Shown one piece after another: positions 1 to 11,430 of a stretch of 64,000 bases of DNA. The position numbers and the translations under genes were made by a program. The first letter of the stretch is position 1. Each line of letters begins with the position of its first letter. This DNA is from Haliotis rufescens (Eukaryota): NCBI RefSeq assembly GCF_023055435.1, contig NW_025964361.1:1178001-1242000 (forward strand). Reading direction: 5' to 3'. The notes below the pieces were generated by a model. It had not been told where the DNA came from, did no database searches, and saw nothing but the letters and a program-made list of their open reading frames with translations.

Positions 1-485
1 TATGTTTCAGTTTATGGAAGACTGCGTGAATGCTGTTTCAGTTTATGGATGAACGCTATGTTTCAGTTTATGGATGACCTCGTGAAAGCTATGTTTCAGT
101 TTATGGATGACCGCATGAACGCTATCTTTCAGTTTATGGATGACCTCGTGAAAGCTCTGTTTCAGTTTATGGATGACCCAACGCTATGTTTCAGTTTATG
201 GATGACCACATGAACGCTATGTTTCAGTACAGGGATGACCATGTGAACGCTATGTTTCAGTTTATGGATGACCTCGTGAAAGCTATGTTTCAGTTTATGG
301 ATGACGGCGTGAGCGCTGTGTTTCAGTTTATGGATGACCTCGTGAAAGCTATGTTTCAGTTTATGGATGACGGCGTGAGCGCTATGTTTCAGTTTATGGA
401 TGACCTCGTGAAAGCTATGTTTCAGTTTATGGATGACCGTGTGAACGCTGTGTTTCAGTTCATGGATGACCGCGTGAACGCTATG
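1..485 (+). repeat. 33-bp tandem array spanning the splice acceptor of the TTC6-like exon (>=15 copies, runs off the window start)
   Basis: Unit gctatgtttcag|tttatggatgacc(t/g)cgtgaa(a/c); TTTCAG ends at 10,41,66,99,132,165,194,227,260,293,326,359,392,425,458. Confidence 0.97.
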
Positions 486-581
486 AAGGACTACCAGGAG
501 GCCATCAGCCTTGACCCCAGCTACTCCCTCGCCTACTTCAATGCTGCTAACATCTACTTCCACACCAGGCACTTCAAGCAG
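459..581 (+). CDS. TTC6: TTC6-like exon FMDDRVNAMKDYQEAISLDPSYSLAYFNAANIYFHTRHFKQ
   Basis: tttcag| at 458, |gtcagt at 582; 123 nt; TPR motif. True acceptor is ambiguous because of the upstream array. Confidence 0.85.
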
Positions 582-1389
582 GTCAGTTGCCTTCAGACAT
601 ACTGAGGTCAAGTTCACAGCAGGTCAAGGCCCACAGTCAACTCCAACACTTACATAGCCATGGCAATAATTTTACAACAATTTGTTGGAGAACAAGGTTG
701 GAAAGTAATTTCCTTTGTATGCTGGCTGGTGCAGGTTTGCTGGAAATTAGTTGACATTCTGAATACTAAAACATGAGCGCTCAGTTCTGAACTCACATTT
801 GTAACTCACATTTGTAATTCACGTATAAACTGTTGTTTGTCAGGCGCTGGAGTACTACAGTCGGTGTATAGAGAACAATCCCCGAGACGAGTCTGCCTTC
901 CTCAACAGAGCTATCACCAAGGTCAGCTGTGTCCTCATTGTGGTGTGGTCATTAGACCCATTCAGGGAACATTAGTGTAAATGTTGTAGGAGTAGATACA
1001 ATTATCACAAATAGAAATGTATTGCTATTTTCACTGGTCTGCTAAAACACTCTGCTACAGAGCTACCATTACCATCCACCTTTGTGGTAAAAGTGGTAGT
1101 CCAAGTTTGCTGTGCTGCAAGAACCATGTCTGTGTTAAGATGACTCCAGCCCTATAAGCCCACACAGTTGGGTTGTCAGGTTTTGACAAGAATGTTCTAT
1201 GTGAGATGACGAGGACGACGATGACGATGACGATGACGATGATTGATGATGATGATTGATGATGGTGGTGATGATAATAATGACGATGATGATGATGACG
1301 ATGGTGACGATGGTGGTGGTGGTGATGATGATACTAATGACGATGATGAAGATGGTGATGATGACGATGGTGATGGTGATAACGGTGAC

Positions 1390-1426
<37 letters not shown>

Positions 1427-2648
1427 GTGGTGGTGTTGCAGGTTCTCCTGAAGGATGGCCAGTCTGCACTGTCCGACTTCCGCTCCGCCATCAAGCTGAG
1501 TCCGTACTCGGCCCACATGTACTTCAACCGCGGCAACCTGTACACCTCCATGCAGCAGTATGACAAGGCAGAGAAGGACTACACTAAAGGTGGACATGCA
1601 GGACAGAAAACTAGGGATGATTATTGGGCAGACCCGTGGGGATTATGTGTTAAATGTTGATGTTGATGTTGGGATGCGATGACATGCATCAACCAAGTCA
1701 GCGAGCCTGACCACCCGATCCCGTTAGTCGCCTCTTTCGACAAGCATAGTCGCCTCTTACGGCAAACATGGGTTGCTGAAGACCTACCCCGGATCTTCAT
1801 TCATGGGTTTTCTGTATTAGAATTGGTCCCCATATGCATATGCTTTTCAGAAGAGATGACTTAATGGATTGGGGGGTCAGTTTCGGTGCCTTGGTGTATT
1901 GGATGATCATACCCAACTGTGTGGTACAATGCTCATAACATTAATCACCAGTTTGTCTGCTCCAGACCTATTTATAGGCTGTTATCATTTAGCTGGGGGC
2001 GGTCGGGTAGCCTAGTGGTAAAAGCGAATCCCGACATGGGTACAATGTATGAAGCCCATTTCTGGTGTCCCCCGCCGTGATATTGCTGGAATATTGCTAA
2101 AAGCAGCGTAAAACCAAAACTCACTCACTCACTATCATTTAGCTGCAATATTGCCCATAATTAAGGGTGCATATAACACACGAGTGTGTATTATACACGA
2201 ATAAATAAGTCTTGTGTACATTGATCAATCGGAAGGGGTGCTAATTGGGATTGTTCACTTGCCAATATATTAGCAAATATCGCCGTGGGTGCTTATTAGA
2301 GCGGGGCGCTTATTACGTCGAACACGGTATGTGACATGGCCCCAGTAGCTCCTGCTTGTCACAAGCGTCAACTGAAATGAGGATCAGAGGTCAGAGGTCA
2401 TGTTGTCATATAGCTGAAATATTGCCGACTACAGCTAACAACAAACCAGCATAAACAGATAACTTTCCTACAAACCTCACTTTGTGAATATTTGTTTGTT
2501 TTCAGCTCTGAGTCTCCAGCCCGACGATGCCCTGGTCTTGAAGAGGCGTGCAGATGTGCGAGGGAAGCAGGGTAAACGTGACCAGGCCGTGGGGGACTAC
2601 AGGAGAGCCATAGAGCTGCAGACTCGACCCCATAAACCTGCTGAGTAG
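459..2648 (+). CDS. TTC6: 3' part of a tetratricopeptide-repeat protein gene (TTC6-like); join(459..581,844..921,1442..1589,2506..2648); 5' part lies upstream of the window
   Basis: Four GT-AG bounded exons with consistent phases (0,0,1) give consecutive TPR motifs and end ALSLQPDDALVLKRRADVRGKQGKRDQAVGDYRRAIELQ...*, resembling the TTC6 C-terminus as I recall it. Confidence 0.8.
844..921 (+). CDS. TTC6: TTC6-like exon ALEYYSRCIENNPRDESAFLNRAITK
   Basis: ttgtttgtcag| and |gtcagc; 78 nt; TPR motif; not in the ORF track. Confidence 0.9.
1204..1435 (+). repeat. Imperfect (GAT/GAC/GGT)n microsatellite abutting an acceptor
   Basis: Direct read; causes the poly-D/M/H/S/I pseudo-ORFs. Confidence 0.97.
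1442..1589 (+). CDS. TTC6: TTC6-like exon VLLKDGQSALSDFRSAIKLSPYSAHMYFNRGNLYTSMQQYDKAEKDYTK
   Basis: gttgcag| and G|gtggac; 148 nt; canonical TPR (YFNRGNLY). Confidence 0.9.
1669..1800 (-). mobile_element. Family B short retroelement, partial
   Basis: Matches other family B copies (gatgacatgcatcaaccaagtcagcgagcctgacc...ggatcttca). Confidence 0.85.
1996..2132 (+). mobile_element. Family A tRNA-derived SINE with internal deletion, nested in an old family B copy
   Basis: A-box TAGCCTAGTGG, (ACTC)n tail, 13-bp TSD tatcatttagctg at 1983-1995 and 2133-2145. Confidence 0.9.
2150..2327 (+). mobile_element. Truncated copy (right half) of the TA-TSD MITE at 49788
   Basis: Near-identical to 49921-50098. 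Confidence 0.85.
2506..2648 (+). CDS. TTC6: TTC6-like terminal coding exon, stop TAG 2646-2648
   Basis: tttgttttcag|; phase-1 join gives ALSLQPDDALV...HKPAE*. Confidence 0.9.
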
Positions 2649-3653
2649 AGCTGCATCTACCCAGGCATGCTATCTCATAGACCTGTATGAACGTGTTGGG
2701 TGGAGCTGTACATATCTACTGACTGGTGGGTGGCACCAATGATTTGAATGTGAAATCTTGAACCTCTTGGGCAGAGGCCTATACCTACTGATTGGCCAGT
2801 GAGGTCAGACATCTGAGGAGACCCCATACAATTCTTCAGTTTTGAAGAGATGTATGACTACTGATTGTCTTGTAGACTGATGTTCCGCATATGATAAGCA
2901 TAAACCTGTTTGGAAGAACTCATACATCATGTGATCTTACATCGGGGATGAATTTGGGACAACACTTAGAGGACTACACCCCACCTATTGTGTGTGTGTT
3001 CCACGTTGACATGGCATACAGGTACCAATTACCCCTCAGTACAGTCATCATGGTATTCTGTTAGAATGCCGCGATTTCATGGCATAATAATGTGATTATT
3101 TTAAAGAATCTGTGATATCTGTGATTCTGTGATATTGATGTGGTCGCGGAGGAATTATTACCTCAACTTACCCTTTACAAACTCAGATGTTTTATTGATA
3201 GGTGTGATTCCTTTTATCCAAAATATGCTCGTATCAACGCTGCAGCTGTTAGTTCAATAGGTTGCAGTTTGGCCATGTTATACCACTCAACGTTTTATAA
3301 GGATAGTGAATCATTACTTATAATATCTGTAGAGGAAAGATCTTAATGTCCTTATCAAAAGTTGAGTGGTATGTTTCATTATGGCAAATATTCTGTCAGT
3401 ATTAAAGGAATGTGGTGAACATTTATGTGGTTTGCCATTTCTACAGTCACTTCAGCCAAAATGCATGCACTACTTAGGCATCACATTACACAATATTTCA
3501 TCCAAAACCCAACCTTCCACATTCCCTCCTAAATAATGTTTACACCCAAACATTTCGATTCTAGCATGTACAGTGTACCAAATGCCTAAACAGTCAACAT
3601 AATGTTTATGTGATGCTATATGTTATATACAAGTGTTGTTGATGTGATTTCCT

Positions 3654-3659
3654 ATTAAA
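3654..3659 (+). promoter_or_regulatory. Candidate poly(A) signal ATTAAA for the TTC6-like gene
   Basis: ATTAAA followed by T-rich sequence ~1 kb after the stop; another ATTAAA near 3401. Confidence 0.3.
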
Positions 3660-4443
3660 TATATCTTTTGTCTCATATGAATTTATGGAATATTTATGAA
3701 TTTATTATATATTTCAATGTGAAAGACTGAGTTTTCTGAAGCTGAGAAAAGTGATTTTTTTCATTGCAGTGAGCATAACACTTGATATTTCACTGTAGTG
3801 AACTTGACACTTTGACAGAACTATTGTCATAAAAGAGTTACCTGCCCTCAAATTATCTCCCTTTACCTAGTGTCTAGCCTAAACACAAACCGTTGGTGTC
3901 TTTTTTATGTTAGTCCCACATTAACAGGGCAAAATAATGACAGATGGTCATTTCTTGAGTTAATTTTGCTTCTTGCGTTTGTTATTCTCTTGGAAATGTT
4001 TCATCACAAACTGAAAATTTATCATTTAACTCGTCAATTGAGATTGTTGGTTGCGTAAAGCACTCCTGAAAATATCTCCTTTTCTCCTGCCACTTGATGA
4101 GAGAAACATGATATTTCACTCGACACGTGGAATATCCTCCATGTATGCCGCCTGTGTTACACTTCAAGCAAGGTAAATGATTCATCAGGTCAATAATTAC
4201 GTTGTAACCAATTTGTAATAGATAAAGGACTCGGACACTATTTTATTGGGACATAAGGTAGTTGGGAGAATAATAATGTTTCCAAAACTTTCCTTTTTGT
4301 CCTGATAAAGTTCTTTCCCCTCGCATAAGAGCACAGCTCCAACAGGATTGTGCGGATCAGCTACTTCCTGTGATAAAACAACATGGAGTGCTTTACATCT
4401 GAACACTACATGGACTGCATTTTAAGTGTGTTTTTTAATACAA

Positions 4444-4585
4444 GTGAGTGAGTATAGTTTCAGGCTGCTTTTAGCAATATTCCAGCATTATGTTTGGACT
4501 TCGGACATTGTACACCTGTGGGGAATCAAACCCGGGTCTGGGGCATGACAAGTGAACACTGTAACCGCTGGGCTACCCAACCCCC
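4444..4585 (-). mobile_element. Family A SINE, diverged
   Basis: gagtgagtatagttt...ttagcaatattccagca...gctacccaaccccc. Confidence 0.75.
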
Positions 4586-4663
4586 TTTTTAATACTAGAG
4601 TCATTTATTGATACAAACATCTATTCCCCGATGATGACTTCTCTTATGATTCCTTTGTTGACT

Positions 4664-4898
4664 GGGGAGCACGGGTGGCCCAGTCGTCGCGATTCGCTGT
4701 GCAGTGTTGCGTTCGAATCCCGGTTCGCCCCGATTATGTTTCTAGGTTTGTCAGCACCATACCCGTGCTCGTGGGTTTCACCGAAGTGGTAAACGTCTGA
4801 GACCTGCATCACTTCGGGCTTTCCTCCCACATTAAGCTGACACGCCTAATATAACTGTAATACTGTTAAAAGAGGCATTAAACCCAACTCACTCACTC
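4664..4898 (+). mobile_element. Family C tRNA-headed SINE with V-domain-like body
   Basis: A-box TGGCCCAGT, B-box GTTCGAATCC, gtgggtttc...tttcctcccac body, (ACTC)n tail; homologous to 51716-52005. Confidence 0.85.
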
Positions 4899-5144
4899 CT
4901 TTGAATTTCGTTGGCCAATGGCCAGTCAACATTCTTCAAGAAGGCAGTATTCACTGCACCAAGTTGCATCCCTTTCCCAGAACAGCTGACCATAGGTTCA
5001 AATCACAGACTTAATCCGTAAGCGCCTGCAACACAGTGATACTTCAATCTATCAACATGTATCTGGTGTTTGCTTATCTTCATTCGCTGGCATTGTTGCT
5101 ACGCTCTTAGAAAGAAAACCGACACAAGTAGAGGATCCATAACC

Positions 5145-8100
5145 TTTATTCAGTCATGCAAAATAAATGTTATGCTGAAGTTCCTATTTACATATATACA
5201 CAATGACAATGTGCTGGATGGCAGATATGATTGAAAGATATACTATATGTTGGACAACTGCTTGTTGTAGAAAAGTACAAAATGAGTTTGTGCTTACAAC
5301 TTGTATGACTTAAGTGATCAAATGCTTTTAGTAAACCACAAAACTGAAACCCTTTCCTGAAAGGAACATATATCAGTCAGTACTAAACTGGAATGATGCT
5401 AGATTAAATTGTCCATGATTTCAAACCATTAAAGCTAGGGGTTCCCGTGGTACTGAAACAACCAAACTAAAATGAATTCCATCTGAAATTGTCATGTATG
5501 TAGGACAAAAATAAGACAACACATAATATTGTACAATAACAATGATGTAAGAATCTTTTTTGCAAGACAATGCAACTAGACTTTACAATCAGTGGACTGG
5601 ACAGTAGTACCTATGTGATATGATTGGAGATAGCACCTAGACAAGGCTGGATGATACGTGAAATATGAATATCAAAATATCTTCTGTCGGTATAAAAATA
5701 GTTTGATGTGAGTTATGGCTATAGAAGTTGCATTGTCTAAGCCAGGTTGCTGCAAGTCAAGCACACTAACTATTCAGCTGGGATGGAGGACGAGGAGTGA
5801 ACGACGGTGCTTGTGCTGCCTCCTCACATGGAGACTGGGACTACGAGGGTGTGTCGTTGTTCAGCAGACACCTCTGCTTCTCTACAGAGGATTAAACATT
5901 CATCATCATCAAATCTAACAAACTTTGGGATTGACCATTGTATTCACTTGGTAAATGAAAACGAAATTGTCAACACCACAAATTGGTTCCGCTTCTCATG
6001 TAAAGAACCACAATGAGACTTTTTTACCACCATGAACATAGAATAGTCGGTCCTAATATACAGATGAATATTGTTATTGTAGCACTAGTCATCTGTGATA
6101 GAAAAATAGTTAATACATTTCAAGAATCTCAAAAGACAATCACATCTAAATACTTTTGAATTTGTTTAACGTATGTTGAAAAGCTTTCACATCTAACATG
6201 TTTCATAAATAGGTTTGAATGGTTACAATTGCTGGTTTTGAAAATATGACCCACCTCTGTAGAGAGGGTATCCCATTTCTGGCTATATTTACATGTATCA
6301 CACAAGCCAACACAGCATGTCACAGAGGTGGCTCTACCAGCAGACAAACTCACCATGGCTCCTTTCCATCATGATGTTAGCCTCTGGGAAGCTATCCAAA
6401 CTGACACTGATATTAATTCAGAATACTGTAGAACTTTCAAAAACCATACATTTCTCTCAGAAATAACCTGCCCAATTATACAATCCTCCCATGAGTAAAG
6501 TGAGGAAAGCTGGCATGTTTTCAGATATCAATATTTGATATATTTGGCCAAATCAATGTCGATTCAAATCTTAATTTGCAAAAATAAAACTGATTGATTG
6601 AAAATATGTTTTAAACATCTTTTCTTAATTGCATTGATGGAAAAACACATTTGAAATATGCCTCACTTCTTGCATATGTTACTGAATTTTCCTTAAATTC
6701 TGAAAACTACCAAGTGTGACACCATCCCCTGTATGCAGGCATGTACAAGGTGTATTACTAGCTGCACAACGTCCTGGGTCTATGGTGAGTACAGTTCTAT
6801 AACACTCTTGTCACACCCTCCAAGCTGGGATTGGCTCTAGAGTGCAGGGTTCCACACATGATCAATGATACATCTAATAACAAAACACCAATCAACAAAC
6901 ACGACAGATCCACAACCAACCAATCAGAGGCAAGATAGCATTGTGAATGTTCCAAGTCAAGACTGACTTTACATTATATAGCAAATTGGTACTCAATGTT
7001 TTGTACAGTGACTGGTTGGCAAACCCATCAAACAATAGATGATACAATATTTAAAGAGAATATGATGCAAGTTGAAACTAAAACTTCTCCAGTGAAAGTG
7101 ATGAAAAATGTTTACTGGCTAAACGTATCATTTATTTACTGTTGTTGCTTAAAGTCCTTGTCACAGCATGAGACACAACATCACATTCAGTGTCTACATG
7201 TACTTTGGCATGTTGAATATTTTGGCTATATCAACATCTAAAATCTGTCTATACTGACTGGAACGTGTTTCTTTGGCTACTGAAAAAATGCATCGGAATA
7301 AGATGACGATGATCACGACATTTTACTGGCCAGTACTTTCTTAGACTAACACAAGTAATGCTGATTTTTCTTACTCATGGACGCTGTAGTTTCTGATAAA
7401 TGATCGCTAACAAGAAATAAAACTGAACAAAATGCAAATATAAGCAAATAATCTCTTGCAGTTTCTATCTCTGTAGTCCATGCCAAGTCTGAATTTACTA
7501 GCCCAAAATTATTTTAGTATTCAATCTTTAAGTATTATCATCTTGAAATATCCCTTCTTTCATACCCTAAATTGCTGCGATACAAAAAGACAAAGTGGTG
7601 CTCAATCTTGGTACTTAAAAAGATAATTTTTAAAACGGTACATTGAAACAAAAAGCTTGCTGATCTTTTCTCAAGGGAGTGAGAAGCAAAAGCAATAATA
7701 TTTTAAAACATATCTCAATTTCCTTTACAAATTAAAAGATCTGTGATGATTGGCTCTATGATCAGGTTGTATGGGACTCGGGGATCAACAAGAGATCTAC
7801 AGCCGATGTTCATCAATGATGGCTGTGAATATACCTAGTTGTCAAGAATATACTACCATGGTCACATGGAATGTCAAAGGTCATTGTAGTGACTTCCTGC
7901 TCAATTTGGAGTTAGTTCTGTGACACATGTAAATGAGTTCATTCCAGAAAGACAGGTCTTCAGGTCCAAGAAACGTGAATGTTCACAAACGAAAAAGGAC
8001 CTGATCCAACTTTCCCACCACAAACAAGGTTCATGAACGTATGTACATATATATCCTCAATGGAACAAATATTACCTGACAAAACCAAAGAAGAGATGAA

Positions 8101-11100
8101 AGTACAGTGCATTTAAAGAAAATCACTTCAAACTTAAAAGGTCAGATTAGAATTGATTTTCCATATGATTCAATAGCTGTTTTTGACAGAAGTGAAATAC
8201 AAGTCCCTGTACACAGTAGCATAATACATTATTCATATTGTACAATACAGTGAGGATTCTATGTTACAGAAGCACCGCTATCAGTGTGTTAGGTCCAGAC
8301 ACCATCAGTAAATAACTCCTTAACTACATATCACCAAACTTGTCACACCTGTCCAATATAGACACGACTATCTAGATCCAGCTGTGAATTTGTAGCAATG
8401 TACTGCTCTGCTTTTACTATCCAACATTGTCGTAGTTACGTACTGCCCTGCTTTTACCATGTTTACTATCCAACATCGTCATAGTTACGTACTGCCCTGC
8501 TTTTACCATGTTTACTATCCAACATCGTCATAGTTACATACTGCCCTGCTTTTACCATGTTTACTATCCAACATCGTCATAGTTACGTACTGCTCTGCTT
8601 TTACTTTCCAACATTGTTGTAGTTACGTACTGCCCTGCTTTTACTATCCAACATCGTCATAGTTACGTACTGCTCTGCTTTTACTATCTGAAATTGTTGC
8701 AGCTATGTAACTCTCTGCTTGTACTGTCCGAAATGATTGTAGCAAGGTACTGCTGTTTTCACAATCTGACATTGTTGGATAGTACAAGCAGTACAGAGCT
8801 ACAATTTCACAGCTAATCAATGCCCTGTATAAACCCGGATGTTTTTGCACAGCAAAGACGGTATAGTAACAAAACTAACAACTCTAAACACAATCATCCT
8901 CAACTCTTGGAAGGGGATTATTAAATAACCAACATTTCTTAAATGGGGATAACTGCACGAACAAGCAAATATGAATTATTCAAAAGTGAATGACAAGTTG
9001 CAAATTTCGTAAAAATTGATTAACAATGCTCAAAGTAACAAGAATAACATTGCACCCATCTTGTTCTAGTATTTTCATCATGGAGGTAAAAAACAACATT
9101 TGAAACAATTCCTGTTTTCAAAATACATTACCTTTCATCATTAAGTTCAATGATTAAGAATGAACAGACTTAATAATCCTCGGACTAGTGTTGTCATAAA
9201 CACAATAAATTACCTCAAATTATATTCACAGGATATCGATCAGAATCCATAAACAAATTGTTTACATGAAGTAAATTTTGCAGCCGTTCATCATAAATTA
9301 ACATCCATCCATTGAGCCCTACTACACAGATCCTACAAGCAGAAAGAATTAACTACCAAGCTAACTGAAGCACTCTGCCATTTATTTTTCCATGACTAGA
9401 AAAATATTAATTATAGTAAAAATATTTCAGCTATTGGGCAAGATACCATATTATTCTATGTATGTCAATAAATATCAGGCCAAACACCAAAACAAATCCT
9501 ATAGAATAGCAAGTGAAGCGAATGCTACTCAAAGTGTGTTGTAGTTACGTGACACATTTCCTACACAATATTAGCACATCCGCTAATAGAAAGGATCTGA
9601 CAGGATTTAACCATACTGAATCCTATTTGATTTTTAAATAGACATTGATTGACTGACTGATTGCACAGCACACGATCACATTCAACATTATGGTAATATA
9701 TTTAAGATTAAACAGCATTGCAGATGCTCCCCCTCCCCCTCCCCCCACCAAACCAGTGTAAAGTGTAACATTTCAAGGTTTTGTAACAAAAATATTTTGA
9801 TAAACATCAAAATATTTTTAAATCCACACACTTAAAGCAATATGGTTCACAATATTTTGCATTGATGCTTGAATAAGAGTTGAATTTTTCATAATCTCAT
9901 TGCACACTTTGACGTCATCCTTCGAAGAGCTACGAATGCAGTAGTTGACAGAAAACAACGTCCTGCGCTGTTTATGTTTCTAATAGAGTTGAGCACTGAC
10001 TGTGAAAGATCTCTTGAATGGCTTGAGTTAAGGCACACTTTTCAGCACCACAGAATCAGGTCCTATGTAACGATGCAGTCAACTCACATTACAATAGTTG
10101 CGATATGTTTCTTTCAAAAAGTCCTAAAGGACAAATATATGCTACACCTCTCATCACTAGACGCAGGACCTCACTCATCTTGAAGCAAGGTCTTCATCAC
10201 TAGATACAGAACACACCATTATTTTCCTGACAAAAACTGTCGAAACATTCGAAACATTTTGCATATCAACTGTCTTCTGAAAGTGCAGGGGTATTTCAGT
10301 CCAAACTCACATACATGCAAACTTCCACCCATCAGATGAATAGACACGGAGTCAGGTGTATCGTGTCAGACTCATCGAAACCCATCTCTCGAGACTTTTG
10401 ATGTCAAAAACCTGGTTGAAACTTGTTTCCATCAAAATCACATCGCCTAGGAAACGGATTCAGAATCCACTACATCCATAGTTCAGTATTACAGGATGCA
10501 AGTTCACGCATCTCTCTCCTTGCATCCAAAGCAGCACTTTTGATAATAGTTTCCATAAGCTTGCCTATCAATCAAGCATTTGATCACAAAGCAAACATGT
10601 CTTATTGTCACCAATAATGAGCCACGATGGCTCCAAATAGACCCCAAAAACATTTCATATCACATTCATGACTCTCAAAATCTGAGCAATCACTGCCATA
10701 AAGGCTAGCTGAGGCATCTCTGATAAAACCAATGCTTACAGAATTCTATCTGACAGAATCCTGAATCAAACAATTACTGTCAAAATTCTCACTGGACATA
10801 TCCGTCAGAAGCAGCCTTGATCTTGGCAGCCAACGGAAGCAGCAATGGAAGCAGTCACTCACAGATACCCAAGACAGAATCTCATCAGATTCCACACAGC
10901 GGACAAACTCCTGGACTACCAGCAGGTCAGCAGGTCATCTCAACATCACACTTCAGCAGACAGTGTATAGAGAACACAGCTGGATTTCCCTGGTCTGATC
11001 CAGCTGAGACAGGTTTGGACTAGTCATCCTTGCAGATGGGTCGATGGACACTTGGAGAATCTTTATTCCATAATAACAGTGGAGAAATGTAGTGTTTTGA

Positions 11101-11370
11101 CAATGAAGGGCGAAGTTGGTTTCATCTCAAGGACGTATCGACGAGGTGAAGGACAGTCAGAGAGATGAATGGAATCATTGTGGATACAGATGGAAATGAT
11201 GGTTATCAAACTCCTGAGACTTGGAAGATGACAATCACCATGGAAACATGATGGTTGTCATGGTAGTGTGTTGATTAGAGCCAGGTAGACAGCTGAGACT
11301 TGACCTTCTTCAGGTGGAGGAGTCCTGAGGGCCACTTCTTGAGCAGGGCGAGTGACCGCTTTCTTGCTAG
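5145..11370 (-). other. Probable long KLHL5 3' UTR, with AATAAA at 5150-5145 (other AATAAA near 7131 and 9381)
   Basis: About 6.2 kb with no recognisable SINE, unlike adjacent introns, ending at an AATAAA on -. Confidence 0.5.
8401..8760. repeat. 40/49-bp minisatellite (~7 copies, decaying) in the putative 3' UTR
   Basis: tactgccctgctttta[ccatgttta]ctatccaacatcgtcatagttacg. Confidence 0.9.
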
Positions 11371-11430
11371 TCAGCTAGAAGGGACATGGACCACACACGC
11401 GCCCGCTCGACCCGTACACAGTGACGCAAC
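11371..11430 (-). CDS. KLHL5: KLHL5 terminal coding exon [19 protein letters not shown]
   Basis: ttgttgtttcag|; TGA at 11373-11371. Confidence 0.95.
   Translation of the reverse strand, partial: VASLCTGRAGACVVHVPSS

Noticed and set aside
1135-1597. Poly-D/S/H/I/M ORFs
   Set aside because: Translations of the (GAT)n microsatellite; only 1442-1589 is coding
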